Assembly: GCF_038025025.1 (NCBI RefSeq)
Contig: NW_027117347.1
Span: 992,001-1,056,000 of the forward strand
Length of the DNA stretch: 64,000 nt
Direction of reading: 5' to 3'
Source of the DNA: Phyllosticta citribraziliensis
Lineage: Eukaryota
The first letter of the stretch is position 1, and every line of letters starts with the position of its first letter. The notes under the pieces are model-generated. The model was not told where the DNA came from. It was given only the letters and a program-made list of their open reading frames with translations, and searched no databases. Below, piece after piece: positions 24,666 through 37,284 of the stretch. The position numbers were made by a program, and so were the translations under genes.

Positions 24666-26139
24666 TCAGATTGCTTGTCCGATCCTGGACTCGTAAGCCA
24701 TTCGGTGGCGCTTCATCTGCTCCGCGTCGAAAGGCTCCGCAACACTGCCGTGGCGAGACGCTCCGGAAAGGGAAGTGCCGCTCATGTTGCGGTCTTTGAA
24801 GTCGCGCGCAATTGTCGAGAGCGAGCGCATCTTGCGCAGGCCCTTGGACTTTTCCTTGTCGCCCGTTGCGTCTTCGTCTCTCTTCTTCCTGGCAATGCGA
24901 GACACGGCGTTCCTGAGCCTCTGCGCCTTGGGGGTCTTGGGTTCGCTAAAGTCGAATTGGCTCATGGTCTGGCTCATCTCTTGCTTGTAGAAGCTGCTTG
25001 CCGAGCTATGACTGCCGCTCGTGGATGGACGCTTGGAAGAGTTGGAGGCGAAGCTGACGCCCGAGTCAACCTTGCGACCTTTGCGCGAGTAAACCTCCTG
25101 AGAGGATTCAACAGGAGTGGAGGGCGGTGGCTCCTGCACGTTGTGCTTGGGCGGGGCGTGTGCGTCGAGATCGGCTCTCGACTGGATGGTGTCGGAGAGC
25201 TCAATGAGACTGTCGACCTTCTTCATGTACCTCTCGAAGATGTAAACGACGCACGACCAGCCGTTGGGTTCGCCAGAACGCGCGTTTTGCATCATCAGGC
25301 GCTCGAGCTCGGCATTGTGCTTGGGCATGGTGTTGATTGCCTTGAAGAAGTCTTTGCGCTGGGACTGAACGATCTCGGAGGTGACGCCAGCGGGAACAGC
25401 GCTTGGAATTGGAGGCCACAGTGTATTGAGCATTGCCATGCAGTTGTGCTTGTCAAATTTTTGGAATTTGATTTCGTTGATGAGAATCTGCATCGGGTTA
25501 GTGATTGTGCAGGCTGGAAAGAAACCAGAGACTTACCCATTGGCGGAGGTGGACGTAAAGCCAAGCATACATCTCATCTGCAGCCTTCTCAAGGCGGTTG
25601 ACGTCGTTGAAAATCTTGATGACGGCCTCATCACGCGACACCTTCTCCTCAATGGACTCCCAGGTGTCCAGGTCGATGCGAGTCCACATGTCCTTGATGG
25701 ACTTTGTGCGGCGCATTTCAATGTCCTTGAGGTAGTCGAGGGCGGTCAGGGCTTGCGAAAAATTGACCGAGTTGAGATCCCTGGAGCCAAAGGTTTCTCT
25801 GACAAATTTCTTGACAAATGAGTAGGGAAGTGATGTCCTCTGGAGCGGAAGCTGGGAAATTTCGGTTTGGAGGACGCTTTGGAATTGGCCTTCGGAGCCG
25901 TTTTCGGAAACCTTTGCCAATGGCTGGCCCCGGGAAGCGCAGTTGAGGATGAACATGGTGCGGAGCGGGAGGTCTTTGCCGCCGGCCTGGGAGAAGATTT
26001 GCTCCAAGAGGCGGACATCTTGCCTGCGCTGCTTGGCGGCGTCGGTGACGGAGAGTTCAGAAGGAGAGCGTTGGTGGTGCTGTTGCTTAGGGAGCATTGC
26101 GGGCTCCATGCGCGGAATGGGGTGTGTTGATTCGGTCAT
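24666..26139 (-). CDS. Uncharacterised protein with a helical core and S/K/R-rich tail; intron 25488-25536
   Basis: ORF from MTESTHPIPRM. A 49-nt GTAAGT..ACTAAC..CAG intron joins ..LYVHLRQW|ILINEIKFQKFDKHNCMAMLNTLWPP. Strong codon bias. Start codon inferred. Confidence 0.85.
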
Positions 26140-26650
26140 GACGTTGGGTGTGTAGGTTGGGTCTGGTGTTGTGGGAGGGCGGGGCCTAGTACATAAGGGT
26201 GAAGGAGATGGTCGGGGTTGTTGATGTTTTTTCTGGTTGCTGGCGAGTGACAGGTGATGGGAACCCGAGTCTGGCCACGCATCAGCCGATGAGTCCCACG
26301 GGGAAAAAAGAAACGAGGATAAACGGGGGACGACTGGAGTTCGGCGCCGGGATGGCGTCACGCAAGAAGGGATACCGCTGCGCGGAGGAGTGGGCGTCAA
26401 TGCGGAGGCTGGGGCAGCAAGTGACGTACGCTTTGGGAAGATGGTGGTCGCGGAGAAACCTAAGGGACGGGAGTGTCGACGGAACGAGTGACGGCGACTG
26501 GAGTGGGTTGGGTTGACGTTGACGGGTGGGAGTCGAGGTGGAGGTGGAGGTGTCGGAGTGTAAAGTAGGCGTGGGAGGTCGAGGGTCTGGTGGGTGGTAT
26601 TAAGAAATGGAGGCTGATCGTCGTGTGGCCGGCCGGCCGGACCCGCGCCG

Positions 26651-26718
26651 CACCCTGGCACCCTGGCACCCTGAGGCGACACCCTGGCACCCTGGCTCCT
26701 GCCCTGCTGACCCTGGCT
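26651..26718 (-). promoter_or_regulatory. (CACCCTGG)n repeat giving five GCCAGG (PacC consensus GCCARG) sites on the minus strand
   Basis: CCTGGC at 26654, 26662, 26683, 26691 and 26712, about 515-580 bp upstream of the 26139 ATG. Confidence 0.45.
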
Positions 26719-28172
26719 CCATGTCGATGCCCTCCTCTGCCTGCCTGCACGCACCCACACACCCACACCCACACCACGCTGGACCGCCCACACAGCCCAC
26801 AGGCCACCGGCCACAGCCCACAGCCCAGAACAGGCCTCCCGTCGCTTTTCCTCGGGGAGCCATTCCGCCCACCACCTCGTCCCATCCATCCCATCCTCCA
26901 TGTCCCCATCCTCCCGTCTGCTTACGACCTACGCTTACCTTGGCTCACATGTCATGCCGTGTAGCTCAATACTGTACTCAATCTGCCCTCCTCTGCCCTC
27001 CTCAGCCGCCCAACACCTAGCTGCAGCCCCCCTAATTTCCTCTTTCGGCAATCCTTTCGGGCCACACTCACTCCCCGTTGCACTTGCGCTCAAACAATCC
27101 AACCCGCCCGTGCCCACCGAGTCTCGGGCTTGGACTGATGCGCCGTTTCGATCATCTCGCAGTGGCGACGTTCGTGAAGCACAATATTTATTCATCGCCG
27201 TGGCAGGGTGACGCGTACGAACCTGCCGCCGACCAGACGCCCGTTTTCGTCCCGCCCACTGCCCGATGCTGATGCTGATGCCCCGCGGCTCGCGGATGCA
27301 GAGCCTACTCTTCTCCAGCTCTCCACCTCTCGTCGTCATGTTCAGGGGACACTGCTCGACTGATTCCCCAACGCCCTGCGAGTCTGGGCGGCCACGAGGG
27401 AGCAGCAGCCACCATTCGCCCTCTGCCATGGCCTCCAACCTGCGAAGTAACCCCGTAAAACGTCATGCTATTGAAACTCGTCGCTCCCATCTCGTCCACT
27501 GCTGTCCGACTCGGTGCTGCCCTGATTCGACGCCCGCCTTTCCCTTCCCCAATTGGGCGTCGATCGTTAGCGTCAGTCCGGGATCGTCAACACGTTTGAC
27601 AGGCGCTAGCTCTGTCTTGACAAAACGACGCAGCCTGCGGTCACGACAGCAAGAGTCTCGACTATGTACCTAGGGTCTTCCCCTGACACTGACATGGCCC
27701 AACACCACCAATCGCTGACTTTGCGAGCCTGCCTCCAGAGGCGCCACAGCGGGTGTGCCGCCCGGGGAACAAGGCCCTTGGCGCCTCCTCTTGGTCCGCT
27801 GTGAGCGTACCTCTCGTCAGCTCCTGCGAGAGAGGATCTTGTGCTAGCTGTGACTCGGCCGCAATCTCCATATACCAACGGCATCAATCACAGCCCAAAT
27901 CGTAGTCGCCAAATGCTGTTGTGCCATGGCCATGAAGCTCTGCCCATGCGGCGTCTATTGGCTGCCCCGCCCGCCTCGTCGACTCATCGCTACGTGACTC
28001 GAACCTCTTCGACTTCATTTCACGCTTATACGAACTCCCACCCTCCGCTGGTAACGATACACAACCGCCTCAACAAGTCGTGCCTTCTCCCTTGGGTAGC
28101 GATTCTGCGTCTCACTCGTCGGGAGCCGGCATTTTTCTGCACGCGCCCACGCGAGCAACCAGACCTCGCACC

Positions 28173-29189
28173 ATGGCCGGAACCAGGCTCGAGTATTGCA
28201 CGTTCGACGTCTTTACGCTCCAAAGATTTGCCGGCAATCCTCTGGCCATAGTCCACGTTCCTGCATCGACCGAGTTAGGGCAGGAAGATAAGCAGATCGT
28301 CGCCCGCGAGTTCAACTATTCGGAGACGGTCTTTCTCCACGCCCAAGAACACGATGGCCGAGCCAACAACACCTGGAGGATCGACATTTTCCTGACCACG
28401 GCCGAGGTTCCATTCGCTGGCCATCCTACCATTGGCACTGCCGTCTGCGCCTTGTCCCGCCTGCCAGCACCGCCCGGCCAGCAGGACGGCCGCCCGGTCG
28501 AGGGAACATTCATCACCAAGGCCGGCGAAATCCCAGTGAGCTACTATCCGAACGATGGAGTTGCCACGGCGCGCATCCCTCACAATGTGCACATCCACGA
28601 GTGCGCCCTGTCTCGCACGCAGCTGCTCCAGATCCAGCCCTCGATTGCCATTCTCGACTCGGCCAAGCGGCCGCGAGTCCCGTCGAGGTCGCCCGTCGTG
28701 TCCATCGTCAAGGGCATGACGTTTGCGCTCATCGAGGTCGACAGCCTGGCCACGCTCAACGCGGTGGCGACGGGCAGCTTCTCCGTCGACGTGCCGCTCG
28801 ACAAAGACTGGGACCAATCTTTTGTGGCGCTGTATTTTTACTTCCGGCAAGCCGACTCGACCGACGGCACGCGGAACCTGCGGACGCGGATGGTCGAGGG
28901 CACCTTGGAAGACCCGGCCACTGGGTCCGCCGCCAGCGCCCTGGCTTGCTACCTGTCGCTGGTCGACCATGCTGGCGGCGGCGATGATGAACAAGGTGAA
29001 GGAGGAGGCGCTCCTGGTCAAACGCTCAAGTACCGCATTTCGCAGGGCGTCGAAATGGGCCGCAAAAGCGACATTGGCGTCGAGGTGACCTTGGCGCCGC
29101 CAACAGCAGCGAACCGCCCCAGGGCGGTTGAGACGGTTGTCCTTAGCGGGTCGGCGGTGCGCATCATGGAAGGCAGCCTCAGCCTCTAA
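28173..29189 (+). CDS. PhzF/PhzC family (DAP-epimerase-fold) isomerase, intronless
   Basis: DVFTLQRFAGNPLAIV, EFNYSETVF, EVPFAGHPTIG, EDPATGSAASALACYL and ISQGVEMGRKS are the hallmark PhzF motifs. Confidence 0.93.
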   Translation: MAGTRLEYCTFDVFTLQRFAGNPLAIVHVPASTELGQEDKQIVAREFNYSETVFLHAQEHDGRANNTWRIDIFLTTAEVPFAGHPTIGTAVCALSRLPAPPGQQDGRPVEGTFITKAGEIPVSYYPNDGVATARIPHNVHIHECALSRTQLLQIQPSIAILDSAKRPRVPSRSPVVSIVKGMTFALIEVDSLATLNAVATGSFSVDVPLDKDWDQSFVALYFYFRQADSTDGTRNLRTRMVEGTLEDPATGSAASALACYLSLVDHAGGGDDEQGEGGGAPGQTLKYRISQGVEMGRKSDIGVEVTLAPPTAANRPRAVETVVLSGSAVRIMEGSLSL

Positions 29190-32100
29190 AAAAAAGAACT
29201 GTTCTCAAAAAAGCTTGTAAACAACCTCAGCAGAACCCCGAAAAGTTTGAAGCCTAAAAATAAATTCGTTGGAGAATTAACCCTCGTCGTTTTTGATTGG
29301 CTTCCCTCGTCGGCCTCTTAATATTCAGCCCATGCAGCTTCCGCCGTGACTATTGGAAATTTTCCGTGGTCTTGCTGCTCTGCGTCGCCATGGATGGCTG
29401 CAGCAACAGGTAAGGAACCGTTCTCGGTGTGCATGATGTGAGCCATGTATGTCAGCCGGGCCGGTGTGAGCAAGAGGCCAACCAAAAAAAAAAAAAAGCC
29501 CGCGCCCAGCCGGGTACCAGCATGTTTGGGTCTGTCGAGTGTCGCAATCTCGCCTGATGGTACTGCTAGAGGCGATGAGCAGCAGACAGAAGCAGAGGCA
29601 AGAGAGCGGGCAGCAGCGGGGCAGTTTGGAAGGTGGTCGCAGCGGCGGATGATGCCAGAGCTGCCTGTCTGTCTCGCTTCCCCAGTTCGCACATCCATGC
29701 AAGGCGTCCAGCGGGCAACCCAGCCCAGCCCCAGCGCGAATCGCCCATCATCAACCTCGTCGCGCCCTCGCTCTTTTGCACAGCGAACCAGCGAGCGCAA
29801 CGACGGTCGTCGATTCGTGAGGCTCCTTATTCGCGCAATAACGACAATCTCTCGTCGATCGGACATCGTGTCTCGCCTTATTGCCCTGTGGCCTGCGCCT
29901 TGCCGCCAAGGAGAGGTAGCGAGAGAAGGTGCACATCATTCATATTCATCTTCGTAAGGCGCCGAAAGGCGGACGGACAGGCAGACAGACGGAAGACACC
30001 GACAGCACGAGCGACCAAGACTCGAGACAAGACCCTTGATCGGCCAACGGGCCACGCGCTCAGTGGACGGCGGCGGCGGCGGCCACGACGGTGCGATTCT
30101 GGTCGGCGCGAAAACCGTCCCCTCGGGACAGCAGCAACTCGTTTCTCAATCACCGAACAACTCGCCTGCAATTGCTGAGGTAGGCAGGAGGGAGCAGGAA
30201 GCTTATCGGCATGGTGGGTAGTGCCGCTTGCTCTGATGCTCATGCCTCTCGGCTGATGGTGATGTTGCGCTACCTACCGACATGTGGACAGAGGCAGATT
30301 ATTTTCCCTTGGGCAGACTGACGCACGGCAGCCGACGGTGTACGGGTTGAATGCGCACTCCCAGGGTCACCCAGGTACCTCACTACTTGCCTGCCGACCT
30401 TCTTGCCAACCTACCTATCGATAGCGTGGACTCTATGTGGTATGCTGGAATGCATGCCCGGCATGCATCTGCGTGGCGCTCGTTTATGCCATGCCATGCG
30501 ACGGGAAGCGGACGGGACGCGCGGGCGCGCGCGAGGCGAAGCGAGAGAGCAGGAGAGCCATTAAAAAAAAAAACGCTGACCGGGGATTTATTGAGACGTG
30601 CTGGCGGGTAAGGTTGGCCCGCCGCCGGGCGTGTATGGACGAGGACGGTGTGCATGTGAGCTGACGTCGTCTGCTCGACGGATTGGACTGGATTGCATAT
30701 GTGTGGACGGGAGTCGGTGAGAGGTCGATTGGCGGAGATGGAGGCGCTTCTCTGCGGGACGGGCCCGCGGGCGGCTTCGGATTGCATCATGCTCCCTACA
30801 GTACCCTGCGGAGAACCTCCATGTCCATTGGATACGATGCTCGACCTGGGAGGTGTGTTTTCGCCGCCGTCTTCGGTGGTGGTTTGTGGACGAGCCTTCC
30901 CTCTTTTTTCGCCTAGGACTTTGCAAAGAGTACACCCGCCATCAGTTGCCCAATTCGGCTCTCCCTATCCTTGCGGGTCATCTTCCGATGACTTCTGGAA
31001 TCAAAAAATTTTCTTTTTCTTTGTTTTGATCGACTCTCTGTTGACCGGTGTGTCGTCCAGTAGACCCCGATCACCGGATGGATGAGCTCATTGCACGCAA
31101 TGAGCATTCGAGAACGCCGACAGGGCAGAAGGGCATCGAGTTTTGCGAGAAAACACATCACCGGACGATGACAGCGAGCGTCCCCACAGCGCAAACTGCG
31201 GGAGCAACACCAGACTCGTTGCGGTCGCCGTTGCGGTCGCGGCCTGTTTGGAATTTGGAAAAGACGAGAGTGGGTCGTCGTCGGTCATCAGCACTCAGGC
31301 ACTGGGGCCCAGGGCAGGCAGCAAACGCATCATCATCATTATCTGATCTCTTTTTTACAACCACCCCGCCCCGTCCGTCCGCGCCCACCGCCGTCGATTG
31401 TCACCGGTACACCGGTCTTTGTCGGACACGATTCCCTTTTGCCTGATTTGCTGCGTGTCGATTTTTTTTTTTTCTCCCTTGCTGTCGCTCATCACTCGCT
31501 CACAATTTCGCTTTTCTGTTTTCTCGTTCTCCGCTTGCCTCGCTACCGGTGTCCGGAGTACCGAGACTTGGGGACTTGGAAGCGACTCCGACGGACCTTG
31601 GCCGAACGGAACGGACTGGCGGTATGGCGGTATGCCCTTGGTGACCGGAAGAGAAGGGCAGATCAGGGGACGTATCGTTTTTCGTCGTCTTGGCCGCGGT
31701 GATGGGTAGTCGTGGACGTCTTGGAGTAGAGGTGAGTGCGTGGTGCAAGTCCGGTCCGGAGGAGCGGTCAGAGAGAGAGAGACACACACAGACGGGGACC
31801 CAATCGCGCGACGACAAGAGACCCACGCGAGGTGTTTTGTTTTGGGAGATCGCAAATCCCAAACGACAGGAGCCTGCTGGAGCACACCACGCGCGACGTC
31901 GACGAGAACAAAAGGCTCCGCGGAGTCGAGTGCAGGCAGCTGCCCGGCCATTTTTTGAGTGGATCACCTACTATACCGACGACACATCACGCCCTGCCGA
32001 TATTGAATGTCTCCATTGCAAACCACGACGGCGGTGTCCATTCGCTCCACCCGTGCACTCTACGCATGACAGGACGGTCGCCACCGCGTCAATGGCGACT

Positions 32101-35100
32101 CGAACAGGATTCTGCTCGTCGACGAACCTTTCCAGTTCCTGCGCATGACAGAGGCCCATGGCTACTTCGCCGCAGACCTCCACAAATACCAAGGCAAACC
32201 AGCATCAACTCCCCAAACCACGCAATATCGCAAGTCTCATTACATAGCTGGGCACATCTCATCATCAGTCGGCAACAGCGTCTCGACCCAAGTACCGGAA
32301 TCCCAAGCCCAGCAAGCCACGCATGGTACAGTGGGGATACGTAGGATGATGGGGGGGAAGAAGGGAGAGAGAACGAGCGCGACCCCTTGCTCGTTCCGTC
32401 TACGCCGCACGCTCATGCCCACCACGCTCTGGACCGCCTCACGCACCCCCGACGGCCCAGCCCAGCGGTTCAAGGGATTCGGTATTGTGGGCTCTACCAA
32501 TCTTACAACGCGCATTTGCCCGATTCGTTTGCTTGCAATCAATCAACCTGCTCTGGCTCCGTCCAGGGCAACGAAGGTGAGGGAGCGAGGCAATCACGAA
32601 GACGTTGTATATGCATGGCGAGCCAAGCGGCAACGATCATGAGTCGCCTCAAATTGCGGGAATCGCCATGTCTCCAGCCAGGATGTCGGAAAGTATGTAT
32701 GGAGCCTTGGGATTCGTGCTGCATCTGTGGGAACAATTGCCCGCTCGCTCGCTGCCTGTTTCCTTGGACCATGGTTCGGATGCTAACCTCGTGATAGTCG
32801 TTGTGGAGAGACTCGCAGCAGGAGCAGCAGCAGCAGCATCGGATGCGTCTTTTGGGCAGACGCTCACTCGTTGCGACCTGCTCCCGCCAATAAAGCGGCG
32901 ATCTCTTTGCGTGGACGCGGCGGCGTGCTGCTGGCTTCGGCACACCTTACCCAAATCCTACTCGGGAAGATCGACGGTGGTAGCTGCTGGGCGCTTCAAG
33001 AATCAAGGCAGGTAACCAAAACCAATTGATTCGATGGCCAGAGGGAGAGAAATGCGGGAGAAACGGACGCGTGAGAAGGGTACAGAGTCGACTCGAGACT
33101 TTGTCAAGCTCATCGCCGCATCACCGTCTGTGGTAGGGACGTAGCTGCTGCACATCTTTCGTGATGGATACCATGTGCCTCGTGGATACAAACCCCTGTC
33201 AAGCCACGCCGTTGGCGTTGCATTATCATCGACCATCAAACCGTCGCTCGCCAAACGCCACTTCCGGAAGGTGGGGAAGGAAAGGCGCGACCGAACAGAG
33301 GGAGAAAACTGTGGGTGTGGGTTCAGGCTGCGGTGGTGGTCGCAGGTCTGGCCTCCTGGCCGCGGCGTGGATTTGGATTGTAGGTACCCAGGCGCGTGCT
33401 TGCTGCCCGACCTTGAGGTTGCGCTGCGCTGCACGGCACCTTGTTTCCCACGACGCGGCCTACATGGTACCTAATCCCTCTCTTCTCTTCCTCGTCTAAC
33501 TAGTCGTGGGCGTTTCTTTTTCCTCTTTGGCGAGCTCGCGAAGAGTCTGCAGAGGTTTGAAACGCCGTCGCGCCTTGTACGTCAGACTGTCTGTCAGGCA
33601 GGCAGCCCGCCCGTCGTTGCTGTGCCCGGTCAAACCACACACCAAGCTCCCTGGCTGCCTGTGTGCTCCCCCCTGCCCGCCTGCCCGCCTGTCTGCACTG
33701 CACCGCCGCTCAACGCTCACCCTTTGCATCGTGACATCGAACAAAAATAAATGCCCACAACACGACTTCAACATCATTTGGCCTTTTCTCCAAGCAGCAT
33801 AATGATCCAGCGCTCTTCCACATCCGTCATGCATGCAAGACAATTGAAGCCAGAATAAACCACCACACGCCTCGCCCCGCCCCGTGCCGTGCCGCGCCAC
33901 GATGCTTTGCAGTGTGTGCTCGCTCGCACTCTGCGCCACCCGTTGGGCCTCCCTCTATCCATCCATGCCTCTGCTGCACTGTACTGGCGTCTCCGTCCCA
34001 GGCAGCCCAACACAACCCTACCACGACCTTCCCGAACCAGCAACCGAGCCCCATCGCCCACGCAACGCATGGATCCAATCAGCGGCGCACCACGCAAGCC
34101 ACGGCCGTTGCGGTGTTGCGGCGACACATGGCGGAAGCTTCTCCGTGCCCGTCAGTCTTTTGTTGCTCGCGACCCCCAGGCCAGGGTTAGGTGGTGGGGC
34201 AGGGGACTTGTCTGGCTGGTTGGCGGGCTGCGGCGCGGTGGGCCGCGGACGGGGGTTCCTGGTTCTTGGGCTCTGCTCTGCTCCCAGGAAAATGCCACAG
34301 TGAGTGTGTAGGTAGGTGGTGAGCGAGAGAGAGTGGGTGGATTGTTGGAGCGACAACGACACGCGTCGCCATTGCAGCGAGCGGCCTGCCAGCGGCCACA
34401 GGCAGAAGAGAGCGCGTAGATGAACGAGTGAATGGATGGTCGTAAGCAGTGCTTGTGTCAGCTGGAGCGCGACCTTGTACCTAGCACCCAGCGCGCACTG
34501 TGCGCGGTTTGCACGTCGAGACCTTTGCGCAAAGGCAGCACAGTAGGATGACGCAGGTGGCCTGAGGTATATAGGCAAGGAGACGGCAGTCGGGCAGTGC
34601 TGCGGTGAAGCGTAGGGGTTGGGAATTGCGAAGGATTCGCCGTCTGTAGGTGCTTGTGTGATGAGGCGGGGGGTTGGAGGTGGGGGCGACGAGTGAGAGA
34701 GGGGGTGTGTGAGGGGTAAGGCACCGTAGGTGGGAAGAATACCGCGGTCTGTTTGTTTAGGCAGCTTGGACGTCATCGCTGCGGTAATGTAGGGCCTCCT
34801 AGTGACAAAAGTCATGGTACTCTCAGCGAAAGGTGCTGGAGCAGATGAGGACTATTTGGGCGCGGTAGACGATCAAATGTAAAGAATCATTTGACTTCGC
34901 CAGGCCAGACTAATTGGAAAGATTCAAGGACGACATTAAAGCTTCGAGAAACCTATAATTATGCGTCTTGACTTTTGTCTGCAAGCCAGCGTCTCTGAGT
35001 TATGTTCCTGGCACTCGAATGCTCCGCGACTCTGCTTTCCCAGGGAGCTCGAGCTCGAACGTTCTACAAGCTTATTCTCCCCTGAAACTTTCTCTTGACT

Positions 35101-37284
35101 GCTGCACATGGCCATCTCGATGCGTGTGCTTACTCTTCGCGCCGAGCCCCAAACGAAACAGTGGTAGGTCTTGAACTGCGAAACAAGGATGCGTGGTCCA
35201 CCACCACCCAGGCGCACTGGCTGGCAGCCAGGCAACGAAAAGGGCTTCCACCTTAAGTTGTTTACTCGCCGCATCAACAGCCAGCGAGCACGCCATGGCT
35301 GGACTCTCGCCAGGCTACCGCACGTATCAATCCGCGCAGCTTGGGCGTGGTAGGCTTGTCGTAGTGCGAAGCAAGCGCGGGGCATGCTGCTGAGCAAAAC
35401 GGCCCATCTCAGACCAGGTGCCCCGCGAAAAGCCAACCGAGGCGCTGCTGTAGCGCAAGACGAGATGGGCACCAGTTCAGAGATGGCCTACGCACCTAAC
35501 TGCCCAGGCGACGGAATGTGTATCTGGTGGCGGTCGACTGCGAGTCCAAGGAAGTTCCTTGGCGGCAGCCGGCGTCGGTTGGTTTGGGCCGTGTCAGTTG
35601 TGTGAAAACACTTTAGTTGCCCTTCAGGTGTGCTAAGGGAAGGAAGCTAACGCTCCATGGGCGTGGTGTCGTGGTGCTCCAGCCAGCCAAATAAATGTCT
35701 GGCGCCTTCCGAGTCAAGCGTCGACCTATCTCTCGAGTGTTGAGCGCATTATCCCAGCGGACGACAAGTGCACCGAGTTAGGCAGGCAGAGGATGGTCAT
35801 CCACAGGGAGTCTCGGTGAGCATGTCTCGTCGCCGGCCACGAGCGGACTTGCCAGAAGCGGTTACTGCGGCTGACGGGCCTCGGTCAGACGGGAGGACGC
35901 GTGCCGTGCGTGTGTCTACATTAGATGTACCTTGGGAAGGGTCTGGTCTGGTCTGGTCTGCGCGTCGTCGGCGGGGCGGACGAGGTGTCGATGGAGGAAA
36001 GCTCCGTACGGAGACGGACGGCGCAAGCTCGCGAGCTGGATCCGCGTTGGGGAGGGAGAAGCGAGCAGGGCCGAAGGAACAAAGGTCGTGCGCTGGCCTG
36101 AAGCGAACGAGTAGGGCCGCGGGAGGGAAGGACATGGAGAGGAAAAGAATGGACGCGGCGGGCGAAACGACGAGGCTCGTGTTCTTGCTGCTGAGGTGCA
36201 TGTTTGATTGTCGTCCGCCGGCCACTGCGTGTGCTTCAGCATGTGTGTCGAGCTGGACATTGAAACCGCGAATCAATAGCGCATGGCCTGTTGTCAGCAT
36301 GTCGTGTCAAGGACGGGGCCCTTTGAATCCTGCTGCTTCGTGGACCTCTCAGCTCAAGGACGAAAGACGACGATCAATGATTGACTCTACCTCGACTCCG
36401 GTTTCGCTGCAGAAAGATGAGCCGACGGCGCCAAGACGGGCAACCACTTTCCTGACTCAACACCACGACGCGGGTACCTGAAGCCGCCCACGGCAGCGCG
36501 GACAACCGACCACCGGTCAGGATTGACGTCGACACCAGCACGGCACGGCTGAGAAGGTCGACGGCTCTTCCGCAGCGACATCGCAAAGCAGCTGTCTGGA
36601 GCAGCTCCAACCCGAATCGCAACTTCACTGCGCAGGATTCCAGCCATATGCTCAATGCACCTTTTTTCCCTCAGTCACCTCCCCATCAAATGACATCTTG
36701 CGCTTTGCATCGCGGCGTCCCCTATTCGCCGACGCCCGACAACATCGTACCTCTCCGCTGAGGGCGCGGCCGCTGTCAACTGGGTTTGTGTGTCTCGAAG
36801 GCGAAAACGTACCCCAGACTAGCCGCCCTCAGACCGTACCAGTCTCATATTGCGCTCTGGGCTTACTCAGACTCCTCTCTAGTCATCATGTCTCTTCAAT
36901 GCATCGCTTGCCCGCCCTGTTCGATCTCTAGTAGCCATTGTGAATGAGACACCATCAGCCTCATCCGCGGTTTCGACGACGGAAATGCCGCTGAGGCTGT
37001 AAGGCATGGCCTCGACGTTGTCTACAAAAGACAATGCCAAGGGCTTTGGAAGTTTGACGTCGCTCAATCCGCAGTTGCTCGCCCTGGTAGTGGCATTGGG
37101 TCCACGTGAAAGCCTTCCTCTCAATTTCCTCTCTCACGCGTTGTCCTTTCATTTCAAGACTCGTTGATCGTGTCTGCCGTATTCGTTTTCTCTTCTGGTC
37201 CGCAAGTCGACGATTACTCTTTTGATACCCTTTAAAAATATCCAAGGCCGTCGAACTTGGCCGTCGCATGACGGCTTGGTGAAG

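Noticed and set aside
26140..26901. 254-aa in-frame upstream extension of the 24666-26139 gene
   Set aside because: It translates promoter microsatellites and a CT-rich leader. Open frames arise easily in GC-rich DNA.
34018..34815. 265-aa minus-strand ORF (also 20161-20937, 35768-36481 and 40604-41371)
   Set aside because: No domain, no codon bias, and composition typical of translated non-coding GC-rich DNA.
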